From NCBI GenBank assembly GCA_963822145.1, contig CAWGGG010000004.1, positions 1,744,426 through 1,808,425 of the forward strand: DNA of 64,000 nt. The letters are read 5' to 3'. This document shows positions 25,621-36,130 of this stretch, piece by piece. Numbering within the stretch: the first letter of the stretch is position 1; every line of letters begins with the position of its first letter. Origin of the DNA: an uncultured Bacteroidales bacterium (GTDB taxonomy: Bacteria > Bacteroidota > Bacteroidia > Bacteroidales > UBA10428). The notes under the pieces were generated by a model, which saw nothing but the letters and a program-made list of their open reading frames with translations, was not told where the DNA came from and made no database searches. A program made the translations under genes and the position numbers.

Positions 25621-25695
25621 GTTTCCGGGTTACGGCACAATCTTTGAAACTGCCGGTTTCGGTAAAAATGATGTTGAACCTTAAAACTTAAAACC

Positions 25696-27744
25696 ATGCA
25701 AAAAGGTAAAATTGGCGTTACCACCGAAAACATATTCCCGATCATAAAAAAATTCCTATACTCGGATCATGAGATTTTTCTAAGAGAACTTGTCTCCAAT
25801 GCTGTTGATGCCACACAGAAGTTGAAAACCCTTGCCAATATGGGTGACTTCAAAGGAGAACTGGGTGATATTACGATCCGGGTCAAGATTGACAAGAAAA
25901 ATAAAACACTGACGGTTTCTGACCAGGGTATCGGAATGACGGCAGAGGAAGTTGATCAATACATCAACCAGATCGCCTTTTCAAGTGCTGAAGACTTCCT
26001 TGAAAAATATAAGAACCAGGCAAATAATCTTATCGGACATTTTGGACTGGGCTTTTATTCTTCCTTCATGGTTTCGGAAAAGGTTGAGGTGATCACACGG
26101 TCGCACCAGGAAGGCGCTAAAGCCGTAAAATGGTCGTGTGACGGTACACCTGATTACAGCCTGGAGGAAACTGAAAGAATGGAAAGAGGCACCGAAATTG
26201 TATTATACATCGACAAAGATTCAGAGGAGTTCTTAGAAGAATCGCGGATAAATGACATTCTCCGCAAATACTGCAGGTTCCTGCCGGTACCTATTGGATT
26301 TGGCAGAAAAACCGAATGGAAGGACGGAAAATCCGTGGAACTCGATGAAGATAAAATCATCAACAATACAGTACCCCTCTGGACAAAGAAACCCGCTGAT
26401 GTTAAGGATGAGGACTACAAGGACTTTTACAAAGAGTTGTATCCCGTGGCTGAAGAACCGCTGTTCAACATTCATCTCAACGTGGATTACCCCTTCAACC
26501 TTACAGGTATCCTCTATTTCCCGAGAATTAAAAGCAATTTTGATATTCAGAAAAACAAGATCCAACTGTACAGCAACCAGGTTTTTGTAACGGACTCGGT
26601 GGAAGGTATCGTACCGGAATTCCTTACACTGCTGCACGGCGTGCTGGACTCACCCGATATTCCGCTGAATGTTTCACGCAGCTATCTGCAGAGTGATTCC
26701 AATGTTAAGAAGATTTCCAGTCATATTACCAAAAAGGTTGCCGACCGGCTACAGGACATCTTTAAAAATGACCGCGAGCAATTCGAGAAAAAGTGGGATG
26801 ATCTTAAACTCTTCATTGTATACGGAATGATCTCAGAAGAGAAATTCTATGAACCGGCATCCAAATTCGCTTTGCTGAAAAATACAGAAGCCAAGTATTT
26901 TACCTTCGAAGAATATGAGAAGCTGATCAGGGAAAATCAGACCGATAAGAACAAAACACTTGTTTACCTGTATACTACGGATACAGAAGCCCAGTTCAGT
27001 TTCATCGAATCGGCCCGGAATAAGGGATATGATGTGCTGGTGATGGACGGTCATCTCGATATGCATTTCATCAACCAGATGGAAACCAAATTTAAGGAAT
27101 CCCATTTTGTCAGGGTGGACAGTGATGTGGTCGATAAACTGATCCAGAAGGACGAAACACGTGAATCCCGGTTAACCGTTGATCAGCAGAATGAACTGAA
27201 ACCGGTGTTTCAGGATCATTTCCCCGACGCCAAAGCCAACTATTCTGTCACTTTTGAAAGCCTTTCAGAAGACGATCAGCCGGTCATGATCACTCAGATG
27301 GAATTTATGCGCAGGATGAAAGATATGTCGGCACTCGGCGGTCCGATGAGTTTCTATGGCGAACTGCCCAACCAGTACAATGTGGTGGTAAATGCCAATC
27401 ATCCGCTGGTGTCGCGTGTTCATGAAGAAAAAGAGAAAAAGTGCCGTAAGGACCTGGATAAGTTCGGCGAGAAAATAAAACCGCTGCAGGATGCCAAGGC
27501 AGAAATAGAGAAGGGCAATAAGGATAAGAAAGATGAGGAAATTGCACAGGCGGACAAGGACAGGATTGCAGAACTGGATAAGAAAATAGCGGAATTCCAG
27601 GACAAGCAGAAAGAAGCACTCAAGAAGTTTGGCAAGGAGAACAAAATCGTCCGTCAGCTGGTGGATATAGCCCTGCTCTCGAACAATATGCTGAAAGGCG
27701 AAGACCTGAACCGGTTTGTGAAAAGGAGTATTGAACTTCTATAA
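25696..27744 (+). CDS. htpG: Molecular chaperone HtpG (Hsp90)
   Basis: 682 aa. The GHKL N-domain has LRELVSNAVDA and GHFGLGFYSSFMV, the length matches Hsp90, and there is a charged linker. Confidence 0.95.
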   Translation: MQKGKIGVTTENIFPIIKKFLYSDHEIFLRELVSNAVDATQKLKTLANMGDFKGELGDITIRVKIDKKNKTLTVSDQGIGMTAEEVDQYINQIAFSSAEDFLEKYKNQANNLIGHFGLGFYSSFMVSEKVEVITRSHQEGAKAVKWSCDGTPDYSLEETERMERGTEIVLYIDKDSEEFLEESRINDILRKYCRFLPVPIGFGRKTEWKDGKSVELDEDKIINNTVPLWTKKPADVKDEDYKDFYKELYPVAEEPLFNIHLNVDYPFNLTGILYFPRIKSNFDIQKNKIQLYSNQVFVTDSVEGIVPEFLTLLHGVLDSPDIPLNVSRSYLQSDSNVKKISSHITKKVADRLQDIFKNDREQFEKKWDDLKLFIVYGMISEEKFYEPASKFALLKNTEAKYFTFEEYEKLIRENQTDKNKTLVYLYTTDTEAQFSFIESARNKGYDVLVMDGHLDMHFINQMETKFKESHFVRVDSDVVDKLIQKDETRESRLTVDQQNELKPVFQDHFPDAKANYSVTFESLSEDDQPVMITQMEFMRRMKDMSALGGPMSFYGELPNQYNVVVNANHPLVSRVHEEKEKKCRKDLDKFGEKIKPLQDAKAEIEKGNKDKKDEEIAQADKDRIAELDKKIAEFQDKQKEALKKFGKENKIVRQLVDIALLSNNMLKGEDLNRFVKRSIELL

Positions 27745-27747
27745 GAA

Positions 27748-27831
27748 AGGGACGAGGGACGAGGGACAAGGGACGAGAGGTGAAAGAAGGTTTTCTTGTC
27801 CCTTGTCCCTTGTCCCTCGTCCCTTGTCCCT
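27748..27831. repeat. Inverted heptamer arrays (agggacg/agggaca x4 versus cttgtcc/ctcgtcc x5) forming a long hairpin between convergent genes
   Basis: The left arm is 27748-27780 and the right arm is 27795-27831, with a 14-nt loop. The hairpin starts 4 nt after the htpG stop and overlaps the stop (27830-27832) of the minus-strand gene. It is a likely bidirectional terminator. Confidence 0.75.
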
Positions 27832-28357
27832 AAAACAGCTGGCTGATCTCTTTCTTAATAAACGCAATCGCATCCGCAGTAGGCGTTTTTTCCTGATCCA
27901 CCATCGATTCCAGGATGGCTTTGCTCAGGTTAATGGAAGGAGCATCCTTGGGGAATTTCTCAGCTGTGGAATTGATTATCTGGATGGTGCGTCCCCGGGC
28001 TATCTTAAGCATTTCCCAGGCTCCCGGCGTTACATAAATCTGCTGTGATAAATTGTGCTCAAATTCCGACCGGATGGCATGCATCAGTTCCGCCTGCAAT
28101 TGCTGGCAGGTAAAACCCGACTTGTTGACCCGCATGATCAGGTTATCGGGCGAAATCCTTTCCAGGAAAAGGATCGTCCTTTCGTATGCCTGCAGCCTGA
28201 GCGGCGTGATCAAATTCTGGTTGTTCAGGAATAGCTGATGTTTACGTTTACTATCCTCACCATCAAAGTACTTTTTAACCATATAGAGGGTAGTGCTAAA
28301 AACTACAAGCGCAGGAAGCAGGTATTTAAGGATTTCAAGTATTGTATCCATGCTCAT
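27830..28357 (-). CDS. Hypothetical membrane-anchored protein
   Basis: 175-aa ORF with an N-terminal TM helix (LKYLLPALVVFSTTLYMV). I recognise no family. Confidence 0.55.
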   Translation of the reverse strand: MSMDTILEILKYLLPALVVFSTTLYMVKKYFDGEDSKRKHQLFLNNQNLITPLRLQAYERTILFLERISPDNLIMRVNKSGFTCQQLQAELMHAIRSEFEHNLSQQIYVTPGAWEMLKIARGRTIQIINSTAEKFPKDAPSINLSKAILESMVDQEKTPTADAIAFIKKEISQLF

Positions 28358-28452
28358 AAATTCTGATAAAATATCACCTGGTAATATTAATGATTTTATA
28401 TTGAATAGTTTATTTTTACGCTGTCAAAACCAACAACTCTATAAACCAAAAA

Positions 28453-28487
28453 CAACCAACAACCAACAACTAACAACTAACAACTAA
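28453..28487. repeat. Heptanucleotide tandem repeat, 5 units (caaccaa x2, caactaa x3) in the 5' leader of the aminotransferase gene
   Basis: Read directly from the sequence. The array ends 5 nt before the ATG at 28493. The whole stretch 28424-28492 contains no G. Confidence 0.85.
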
Positions 28488-28492
28488 TATAC

Positions 28493-29686
28493 ATGGAAAA
28501 AATCGCAAACCGCGTCAACAGCCTGTCACCTTCGGCTACCATCGCCATGAATCAAAAAAGTCGTGACCTCCAGGCAAAAGGAGTTAACGTGATTAACCTC
28601 AGCGTGGGTGAACCCGATTTTTTCACCCCGGATCATATAAAAGCCGCTGCTAAGAAAGCCATTGATGATAACTTTTCATTTTATCCTCCTGTTGCCGGAT
28701 ATCCCGATCTTAAAAAGGCCATTGCCGATAAATTCAAACGGGAGAATAATCTCGACTATACTCCTGATCAGATCATTGTTTCCTGCGGAGCTAAACACTC
28801 GCTTGCCAACGTCATGATGTCGCTTGTTGATCCGGGCGACGAAGTGATCATCCCGGCTCCATACTGGGTGAGTTACCTCGAACAGGTGAAACTTTGCGAA
28901 GGTATTCCCGTGGTAATTGAAGCCAAATTCGAATCCAATTTCAAAATTACTGCCAAACAGCTTGAATCGGCCATTACCCCGAAAACCAGGGCGCTGCTCC
29001 TTTGCTCACCTTCCAATCCCTCCGGCGCTGTTTATACGAAAGCGGAGCTTCGTGCCCTCGCAGATGTGCTGGCCAAACACAGCAATATCATGATCATTTC
29101 CGATGAAATCTATGAACACATCAATTTTATCGGTGGACATGAAACCATAGCCCAGTTTGCCGATATGAAGGAACGGACCTTTCTGATCAATGGAGTATCT
29201 AAAGCCTATGCCATGACCGGCTGGAGAATAGGTTACCTGGCGGCTCCGATGTGGATGGTAAAAGCCTGTGACAAGCTGCAGGGCCAGACAACCACAGGAG
29301 CGACAACGATTTCACAGAAGGCTTCTGTGGCTGCGCTTACAGGTGATCAGACCTGTGTTACCGATATGAACAAGGCCTTTAAAAGGAGAAAGGAACTGGT
29401 TGTCAGGCTGGTCCGCGAAATGCCGGGTGTAAAGGTGTATGATCCGGATGGCGCCTTTTATGTATTTCCCAAGGTTGACAGCTATTATGGCAAAAAGTTC
29501 AACGGCACACCCATCCAAAACTCTACAGAAATGTGCCTCTACCTGCTTGACCAGGCCCACATAGCCACTGTCCCCGGAGATGCATTCGGAGATGATGCCT
29601 GCATCAGGATCTCCTTTGCCACTTCTGATGAGAAACTTGTGGAAGCTATGAAAAGAATGAAAGACGCGCTGGCCAACCTGAAATAA
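28493..29686 (+). CDS. Class I PLP-dependent aminotransferase (aspartate aminotransferase-like)
   Basis: 397 aa with SKAYAMTGWRIGY (PLP lysine) and NPSGAVY. Length and motif order are typical of bacterial AspAT. Confidence 0.85.
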   Translation: MEKIANRVNSLSPSATIAMNQKSRDLQAKGVNVINLSVGEPDFFTPDHIKAAAKKAIDDNFSFYPPVAGYPDLKKAIADKFKRENNLDYTPDQIIVSCGAKHSLANVMMSLVDPGDEVIIPAPYWVSYLEQVKLCEGIPVVIEAKFESNFKITAKQLESAITPKTRALLLCSPSNPSGAVYTKAELRALADVLAKHSNIMIISDEIYEHINFIGGHETIAQFADMKERTFLINGVSKAYAMTGWRIGYLAAPMWMVKACDKLQGQTTTGATTISQKASVAALTGDQTCVTDMNKAFKRRKELVVRLVREMPGVKVYDPDGAFYVFPKVDSYYGKKFNGTPIQNSTEMCLYLLDQAHIATVPGDAFGDDACIRISFATSDEKLVEAMKRMKDALANLK

Positions 29687-30883
29687 TTATTTAACCGATT
29701 CAATCGGAATTTGCGCTATCCTTTCGGTATACTTTATGTAATAAGTGTCATAAAGCGTTTTTAAGAAACTTTCCGCTTTCTTTTCACGTTCAGCATATTG
29801 CTGTCGGGTTTCATCACTTTTGCGGGGATCAAACAAAGCAGATGTGGCCTTTGCCTGTTCAATCTCACTTTCATAACAGGATTCTACAAAGTGCTTCTTT
29901 TCAAGGGACCAGAGGCGCATCGACTGATCATCCGAAACGGAGGCGATAAATCGATTGTCATTGCTGAATCTTATGGCATTCACCATGCCGGTGTGACCTG
30001 TGAAAGTATGTAACTTTTTGCCTGTAGCCGTTTCCCAGAGGATAATGGTGCGATCAGCGGAACAACTGATCATGTGGTTGCCATCGTCACTGAACCGGAC
30101 ATCGAATACGGCGCCATCATGACCGATAAAGGTCCTTACAATCTTACCGGTCTCAGCATTCCATAACCGGATAGTCTTGTCAGCAGAGGCAGAGACCAAA
30201 TATTTGCCGGAAGGATGAAAATCAAGGGCAAATATATTCTCCGAGTGTAATTCCATCTGTAAAAGCTGCTTCCCTGAAAGGGCATCCCAAAGACGTACGG
30301 TTCTGTCAAGCGATCCACTGGCAATACGGGTACCATCCGGACTGAAGCAAACCGGCAGGCAGCTTTTCTCAGGACCTTCCAGGGAAAGGACTGCTTTTCC
30401 TGAGGCTGAATCCCATACCTTGATGATTTTCGAATAGGAGCCTGCCACAATCCTAAGTGTTGGTTCACTATAACTGAAACTCCAGATATCCGTTGTATAG
30501 CCGCTGAAGGTCCGCACAAGTCTACCCTGCCGGTCCATCCATTTGATATCGGGTCCGCAGGCAGCCAGGATGCTATTATCTGACGAAAAACAGAGCGCTT
30601 TTATGGCGAAATGATTTTCAATGCTGCCGGTTATTCCGCCGGTCACAATATCCCAGAGGTATACCATCTTGTCATCACCCCCGGTAGCAATGGTTTTTCC
30701 ATCCGTGCTGAAGGCAAGCGCTTTAACCGGGGCATCATGCTTTTTAAAAACCCTCGAAATGGATTCATCCTCCTGTGCTCTGGCAATGCCACAGATGAAG
30801 GCAATTCCTGACATCAATATCAGGAAGATCCCGGTATTAATATCCCAGCATTTCCTTGTAGATAGCATAATTCTCTTCATCAA
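29687..30883 (-). CDS. WD40-repeat protein with an N-terminal signal/anchor
   Basis: 398 aa with about 7 WD repeats (e.g. [52 protein letters not shown]). The annotated start overlaps the upstream macro-domain gene by 47 nt. Alternative starts exist at 30868 and 30814. Confidence 0.8.
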   Translation of the reverse strand: MMKRIMLSTRKCWDINTGIFLILMSGIAFICGIARAQEDESISRVFKKHDAPVKALAFSTDGKTIATGGDDKMVYLWDIVTGGITGSIENHFAIKALCFSSDNSILAACGPDIKWMDRQGRLVRTFSGYTTDIWSFSYSEPTLRIVAGSYSKIIKVWDSASGKAVLSLEGPEKSCLPVCFSPDGTRIASGSLDRTVRLWDALSGKQLLQMELHSENIFALDFHPSGKYLVSASADKTIRLWNAETGKIVRTFIGHDGAVFDVRFSDDGNHMISCSADRTIILWETATGKKLHTFTGHTGMVNAIRFSNDNRFIASVSDDQSMRLWSLEKKHFVESCYESEIEQAKATSALFDPRKSDETRQQYAEREKKAESFLKTLYDTYYIKYTERIAQIPIESVK

Positions 30884-31343
30884 AAACCACGAATGTAGCT
30901 TTTTTAATTTCCGGGTGGACAGATAGCCCTTTCTTAACAGATGCTATGGCAATGGCAGCCGCCTCATGTTTGGGGAATCCATATACACCGGTGCTGATAT
31001 TCGGGAAAGCGATTGATTTCAAGTTGTGTGCAGCAGCCAGTGCCAGGGAGTTGGTGTAACACGACTTCAGCAATTCAGGCTCATTGTGGTTCCCGCCATG
31101 CCATACCGGTCCTGCTGTATGAATCACATACCGTGCCGGGAGGTTATACCCGTGTGTCAATTTGGCCTCCCCTGTTTTGCAGCCATTCAGGGTCCGGCAT
31201 TCTTCCAGAAGCTGCGGTCCGGCCGCCCGGTGAATGGCCCCGTCAACCCCTCCGCCACCCAACAGGGAGGTATTGGCTGCATTGACGATTGCGTCTGCGT
31301 CAATCCTGGTAATATCACCGCGGATCAGCTCTATCTTATTCAT
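30837..31343 (-). CDS. Macro domain protein (O-acetyl-ADP-ribose deacetylase / ADP-ribose-binding, YmdB-like)
   Basis: 168 aa with [34 protein letters not shown] and [12 protein letters not shown]. Confidence 0.85.
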   Translation of the reverse strand: MNKIELIRGDITRIDADAIVNAANTSLLGGGGVDGAIHRAAGPQLLEECRTLNGCKTGEAKLTHGYNLPARYVIHTAGPVWHGGNHNEPELLKSCYTNSLALAAAHNLKSIAFPNISTGVYGFPKHEAAAIAIASVKKGLSVHPEIKKATFVVFDEENYAIYKEMLGY

Positions 31344-31345
31344 TT

Positions 31346-33802
31346 TTAACGGATAATAGCACCCAATTCTTTGGTATAAGCTTCTATGAATTTCTTCATG
31401 ATTTTATCAATCCGCTCGTCTGTGAGTGTTGCCTGGGTATCCTGCAGTATAAAGCTAACTGCATAGGACTTCTTGCCTTCTGTCACCTGCTCTCCTTCAT
31501 AAACATCAAACAGATCAACCTTCCTGAGCAACTTGCTTTCCAGGCGGAATGCCAGGTCCCTGATCTGGGAAAAGGTGAGGGATTTGTCAAGCAGAAGGGC
31601 AAGGTCACGCCTGACTTCGGGGAAACGCGGCAATTCAGTGTACCGGATATGATGATCGCCCCTGACCTTAAGAAGTTGATCCCAGTAAACAGCAGCATAA
31701 TAAACATCATTCCTGATGTCAAATTGCTTCAATAAGGCACTTTTAATAATGGTCAGTTCCGCGATCAAAGTATTGCCCAGCTGGTAGGCCAGGCCATCGG
31801 TATACAGGTCCTTTTTCCCTTCAACAGGCCTGATGGACATTTCATCCAGGTCAATGCCCATCCTTGTAAGAACATTCTGCAGGTAGGCCTTAAGCTCATA
31901 TATTCCTGCAGATGCCCCTGATGAAATCCAGTTGGGCTCGTTTTTTCTGCCGGTGATGAAAAGGGCCAGGTTGAACTCCTCCTGGTATTTATCCAGCGGA
32001 TTCCGTTTACCTTTTTTTTCATGATAGGAATAACAATTGCCAAACTCATAGAGTCTGAGATCGGGACGCTGCCGGTTGGTGTTATGCTGAATACTTTCAA
32101 GTCCGCCGAAAAGCAGCGTTTCGCGCATTACATTCAGCTCATTGCTCAGGGGATTTACAACCCTTACCAGATTCTCCGGAGCAAATGATGTTAGTGTGTC
32201 GTAATACGCTGCAGAGGTTAGCGAATTGCACATGATCTCATAGAAACCGTTGGCGGTAAGATACTCTGAGATCATATCCACCAGCTTTTCCTTGTCGGGT
32301 TTACTGCTGTATGACAGGCTTGCCTGAAGTGATTCCGAGATCTCAACGTTGTTATACCCATATATCCTGAGTATCTCCTCGATCACATCGGCCTCACGGG
32401 TAACATCCACCCGGTATTGCGGTACAAGAAGATCATACCCGGTCTGATCCTCCCCAAGGATGGTGAAATCAAGCGACAACAGAATGGACCGGACCAGGGA
32501 AGCCTCGATCTTTTTGCCGATCAGCCTGCTGATATTTGCGAAAGTTACCTTCACCTGAACAGGTTTCAGGGGATCGGGATAGACATCGACAATGTGGGAT
32601 GAGATCTGTCCGCCGGCGATCTCTTTTATCAGGAGTGCGCAACGTTTCAGGGCCGTAAGGGTCATTTCCGGATCCACCCCACGTTCAAAACGAAAAGAGG
32701 CGTCGGTGCTCAGGCCATGACGTTTTGCGGTAAGCCTTACCGATACCGGATCAAAATAAGCGCTTTCAATAAAAATATTGGTGGTATTTTCGGTGATCCC
32801 GGAATGCAGTCCTCCAAAAACGCCGCCTATGGCAACCGGCCTTTCGGCATCACAGATCATCAGGTCGCCGGCCGACAACTGCCTTTCAATGTTATCGAGG
32901 GTAACAAATTTTGTCCCTTCCGGCATGTTCTTAACAATAATCTTATGTCCCTTGAGCTCATCGGCATCAAAGGCATGCAGGGGCTGCCCCAGCTCATGAA
33001 GAACGAAATTGGTCGCATCCACAATATTGTTAATGGGATTCATGCCGATTGAAAGCAGCCGGTCCTGCAACCAGCGGGGAGAGGGGCATACCGTAACTCC
33101 ACTGACGCTGACACCCGCATACCGGGGGCATGATTTCCTGTTTTCCACTACTATGGTAACAGGTGTGTTTTCCTGGTCGATCCTGAATGCGGAAACATCG
33201 GGCTTTATCAGGGAGATATCCCTGTCTTTCCGCATAAAAGCCGCCAGATCTCTGGCCACACCATAATGAGACGCACTGTCGATCCTGTTGGGTGTTAGTC
33301 CGATGACAAACATGATTTCGGGTTCAGCTTTGTAATAGGTTCTGGCAGGCATGCCAACCCGGGCGTCTCCTGGCAGCACCAGGATGCCGCTGTGTCCGTC
33401 GCCCAGCCCGATTTCATCTTCTGCGCAGATCATCCCTTCGGAAACCACGCCCCGGATCTTTGCTTTTTTGATCTGGAAATGCTCTTCTCCTTTATAAATC
33501 GTGGTCCCTATAGTGGCAATAACTACTCGCTGACCTGCCGCAACATTGGGTGCTCCGCAGACGATGCTCAGCAGGGCCTCTTCTCCAACATCAACGGTGG
33601 TTACAGATAACTTATCAGCATCAGGATGCTTTTCACAGGTTTTCACCTCTCCGATAACAAATCCCTCCAAGCCACCTTTGATTTTTTCAATAGTTTCTAT
33701 GGCCTCTACCTCAAGCCCGATTCCGGTAAGCACCCTGGCCACTTCAGCAGGTGTAAGATTGATATCAATGTATTCCTTCAGCCAACTGTACGATATATTC
33801 AT
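31346..33802 (-). CDS. pheT: Phenylalanine--tRNA ligase beta subunit
   Basis: 818 aa starting [14 protein letters not shown]. It has the N-terminal tRNA-binding domain, B3/4, B5 and C-terminal anticodon-binding-like domains in the canonical order. Confidence 0.95.
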   Translation of the reverse strand: MNISYSWLKEYIDINLTPAEVARVLTGIGLEVEAIETIEKIKGGLEGFVIGEVKTCEKHPDADKLSVTTVDVGEEALLSIVCGAPNVAAGQRVVIATIGTTIYKGEEHFQIKKAKIRGVVSEGMICAEDEIGLGDGHSGILVLPGDARVGMPARTYYKAEPEIMFVIGLTPNRIDSASHYGVARDLAAFMRKDRDISLIKPDVSAFRIDQENTPVTIVVENRKSCPRYAGVSVSGVTVCPSPRWLQDRLLSIGMNPINNIVDATNFVLHELGQPLHAFDADELKGHKIIVKNMPEGTKFVTLDNIERQLSAGDLMICDAERPVAIGGVFGGLHSGITENTTNIFIESAYFDPVSVRLTAKRHGLSTDASFRFERGVDPEMTLTALKRCALLIKEIAGGQISSHIVDVYPDPLKPVQVKVTFANISRLIGKKIEASLVRSILLSLDFTILGEDQTGYDLLVPQYRVDVTREADVIEEILRIYGYNNVEISESLQASLSYSSKPDKEKLVDMISEYLTANGFYEIMCNSLTSAAYYDTLTSFAPENLVRVVNPLSNELNVMRETLLFGGLESIQHNTNRQRPDLRLYEFGNCYSYHEKKGKRNPLDKYQEEFNLALFITGRKNEPNWISSGASAGIYELKAYLQNVLTRMGIDLDEMSIRPVEGKKDLYTDGLAYQLGNTLIAELTIIKSALLKQFDIRNDVYYAAVYWDQLLKVRGDHHIRYTELPRFPEVRRDLALLLDKSLTFSQIRDLAFRLESKLLRKVDLFDVYEGEQVTEGKKSYAVSFILQDTQATLTDERIDKIMKKFIEAYTKELGAIIR

Positions 33803-33916
33803 TGAATTAATTTTAACAAAACAAAAATAGCATTTTTTGAGTGCATCCCTTCATCACCTCACCCTCTGATTACTTCATCGTCAAAAATAGTATCTTTGCA
33901 TTTTATTGATCAAACC

Positions 33917-34699
33917 ATGCCGGAAAAAAAGAGTAAGCCGCTGATCCTGGTTACCAATGATGACGGAGTAGAGGCAAAAGGACTGAATGCACTGATTGAA
34001 ACGGTAAGACCTCTCGGTAGGGTTATCGTTGTTGCCCCCGCTGATCCGCAATCGGGTATGTCTCATGCGATAACGGTAAAGGTTCCCCTGCGACTTACCA
34101 AACTCACTGAAGAAGAAAACCTGGTAATTTACAAATGTCACGGCACTCCGGTAGACTGTGTTAAAATGGCATTTAACAACCTGCTGACCGAGAAGCCGGA
34201 TATTCTTGTTTCAGGAATCAACCATGGCTCAAATGCTTCCACCAGTGTGTTCTATTCGGGAACCATGGGAGCAGCCCTGGAAGGCTGCATTAATGAAATT
34301 ACCTCCATTGGTTTCTCGCTGCTTAATCTTGATCATAATGCTGACTTTACAGCGGCCCAGCATTATGTGGATATCATTACCCGAAAAGTATTGCAGAACG
34401 GCTTATCCAAAGCGGTCTGTCTGAATGTCAATATCCCTGATGTGGAAATGAATAAGATAGCTGGTATTAAAATCTGCAGGCAAAACAGGGGATACTGGCG
34501 TGAAGAATTCGACAAACGGACGGATCCTGCGGGAAAACACTATTACTGGCTGACAGGAACTTTTCATAATTCAGAACCTGGAGCCCATGATACGGATGAA
34601 TGGGCGCTCAGCAATCAATATGTATCAATAGTGCCCCTGCATATTGACCTCACCTGTTACGATACACTGAAAACCTTAAATAACTGGAACTTTGAATAA
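33917..34699 (+). CDS. surE: 5'/3'-nucleotidase SurE
   Basis: Motifs are ILVTNDDG and SGINHGSN. The start was moved to the ATG at 33917 (MPEKKSKPL); the track ORF begins at 33896. Confidence 0.9.
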   Translation: MPEKKSKPLILVTNDDGVEAKGLNALIETVRPLGRVIVVAPADPQSGMSHAITVKVPLRLTKLTEEENLVIYKCHGTPVDCVKMAFNNLLTEKPDILVSGINHGSNASTSVFYSGTMGAALEGCINEITSIGFSLLNLDHNADFTAAQHYVDIITRKVLQNGLSKAVCLNVNIPDVEMNKIAGIKICRQNRGYWREEFDKRTDPAGKHYYWLTGTFHNSEPGAHDTDEWALSNQYVSIVPLHIDLTCYDTLKTLNNWNFE

Positions 34700-35015
34700 C
34701 CCCGGTAATCAAAAAACACACAAATTGAATACCCTGGCTACCGGTATTGTGGGCGGCATCTTACTGCCGGTGATTGTCTACTTTCTCTTGTACTACGCCA
34801 AGGTTCAGGATGTCAGTTTCACCTTGTTCTCAAATAACCTGGTCATTGGGAACATCATCCCCATCATTATCAGCCATTGTATTCTTCCGAACCTTTTATT
34901 GTTCTTTGTTTTCAATGGTTTCAACTGGATACAGGCTTCCAAAGGGGTGCTCGGAACCACAGTGGTACTCACAGTCCTGGTCTTTGCCACAAAGCTTATT
35001 TTTAGTTTAATATGA
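34692..35015 (+). CDS. Small integral membrane protein (hypothetical)
   Basis: 107 aa with three predicted hydrophobic helices. It overlaps surE by 8 nt and lpxB by 4 nt, which suggests translational coupling. Confidence 0.5.
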   Translation: MNNPGNQKTHKLNTLATGIVGGILLPVIVYFLLYYAKVQDVSFTLFSNNLVIGNIIPIIISHCILPNLLLFFVFNGFNWIQASKGVLGTTVVLTVLVFATKLIFSLI

Positions 35016-36130
35016 AGTATTATATCATCGCAGGGGAAGCATCAGGTGATATGCATGCAGCCAATCTGATCAGGGCTTTGAAACGGACAGACCCGGAAGC
35101 AGACTTTCGCTGCTTCGGGGGAGACCTCATGAAGGAAGCCGGGGCATCGCTTTATATTCATTATCGCGACATGGCCCTGATGGGAGGGATCGAAGTGTTA
35201 CGGAGATACCCCACCATCAGGAAGAATAAAATCCGTTGCAGGGAGGACATCCTGAACTACAATCCCGATGCTTTGATCCTGGTGGACTATTCCGGCTTTA
35301 ACCTGCCCATGGCCAGGTTTGCTTCGGAACACAATATCAGGACCATTTATTACATCTCCCCAAAACTCTGGGCCTGGGCTAAATGGCGTGTAAAAACGGT
35401 ACGCGATCATATCCGCAGAATGTTTGTGATCCTGCCTTTTGAAGTTGACTTCTACAAGGAACACCAGGTGGAATCGGAGTATTACGGCAACCCGGTTCTT
35501 GACAGCATTGCTGCCTTCGAAGAAAATTATACTGCCGATCCGGAATTCAATACCAAAAACGGGCTCGATAACAGGCCTGTTGTTGCACTGCTTGCAGGCA
35601 GCAGAAAACAGGAAATTGACCATCTCCTGCCTGAAATGCTGGCCGTGATACCGCATTTCCCCGAATACCAGTTCGTCGTCGCCGGGGCACCCTCCATAAC
35701 ACCGGCTTATTATGAGAAGTACCTGGGCCATACCGGTGCCAAAATTATTTACAATCAGACCTATACGCTGTTAAAACATGCCCGGGCAGCTGTCGTGACA
35801 TCCGGAACGGCGACCCTTGAAACCGCCCTGCTGGGTGTGCCCGAAGTGGTTATTTACAAGACCAGCCCCCTGACTTTCTTTATTGGTAATTTCTTTGTGA
35901 AGATCAAATACTTCTCCCTGGTGAACCTGATTCTCGATAAAGAGGTTGTACAGGAATTGCTGCAGGAAAATCTGGCCGACCAGGTCAGGAAAGAACTGGA
36001 GAGACTTTTGTTCGACCAGCCTTACAGGAATGCCATGATCCAGGATTACAGCAACCTCCGTAAAAAGCTGGGCAGTCCTGGCGTGGCTGATCGCGTTGCA
36101 TCAAGGATTTACAGGATTATAAATGAATAA
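35012..36130 (+). CDS. lpxB: Lipid-A-disaccharide synthase
   Basis: 372 aa. The N-terminus is IIAGEASGDMHAANL and the GT19 layout includes SGTATLETALLGVP. Confidence 0.9.
   Translation: MKYYIIAGEASGDMHAANLIRALKRTDPEADFRCFGGDLMKEAGASLYIHYRDMALMGGIEVLRRYPTIRKNKIRCREDILNYNPDALILVDYSGFNLPMARFASEHNIRTIYYISPKLWAWAKWRVKTVRDHIRRMFVILPFEVDFYKEHQVESEYYGNPVLDSIAAFEENYTADPEFNTKNGLDNRPVVALLAGSRKQEIDHLLPEMLAVIPHFPEYQFVVAGAPSITPAYYEKYLGHTGAKIIYNQTYTLLKHARAAVVTSGTATLETALLGVPEVVIYKTSPLTFFIGNFFVKIKYFSLVNLILDKEVVQELLQENLADQVRKELERLLFDQPYRNAMIQDYSNLRKKLGSPGVADRVASRIYRIINE

Noticed and set aside
29687-30883. WD40 gene as eukaryotic contamination
   Set aside because: It is embedded between typical bacterial genes with overlapping or abutting reading frames. 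It has a bacterial signal peptide, no introns, and the same composition as its neighbours.
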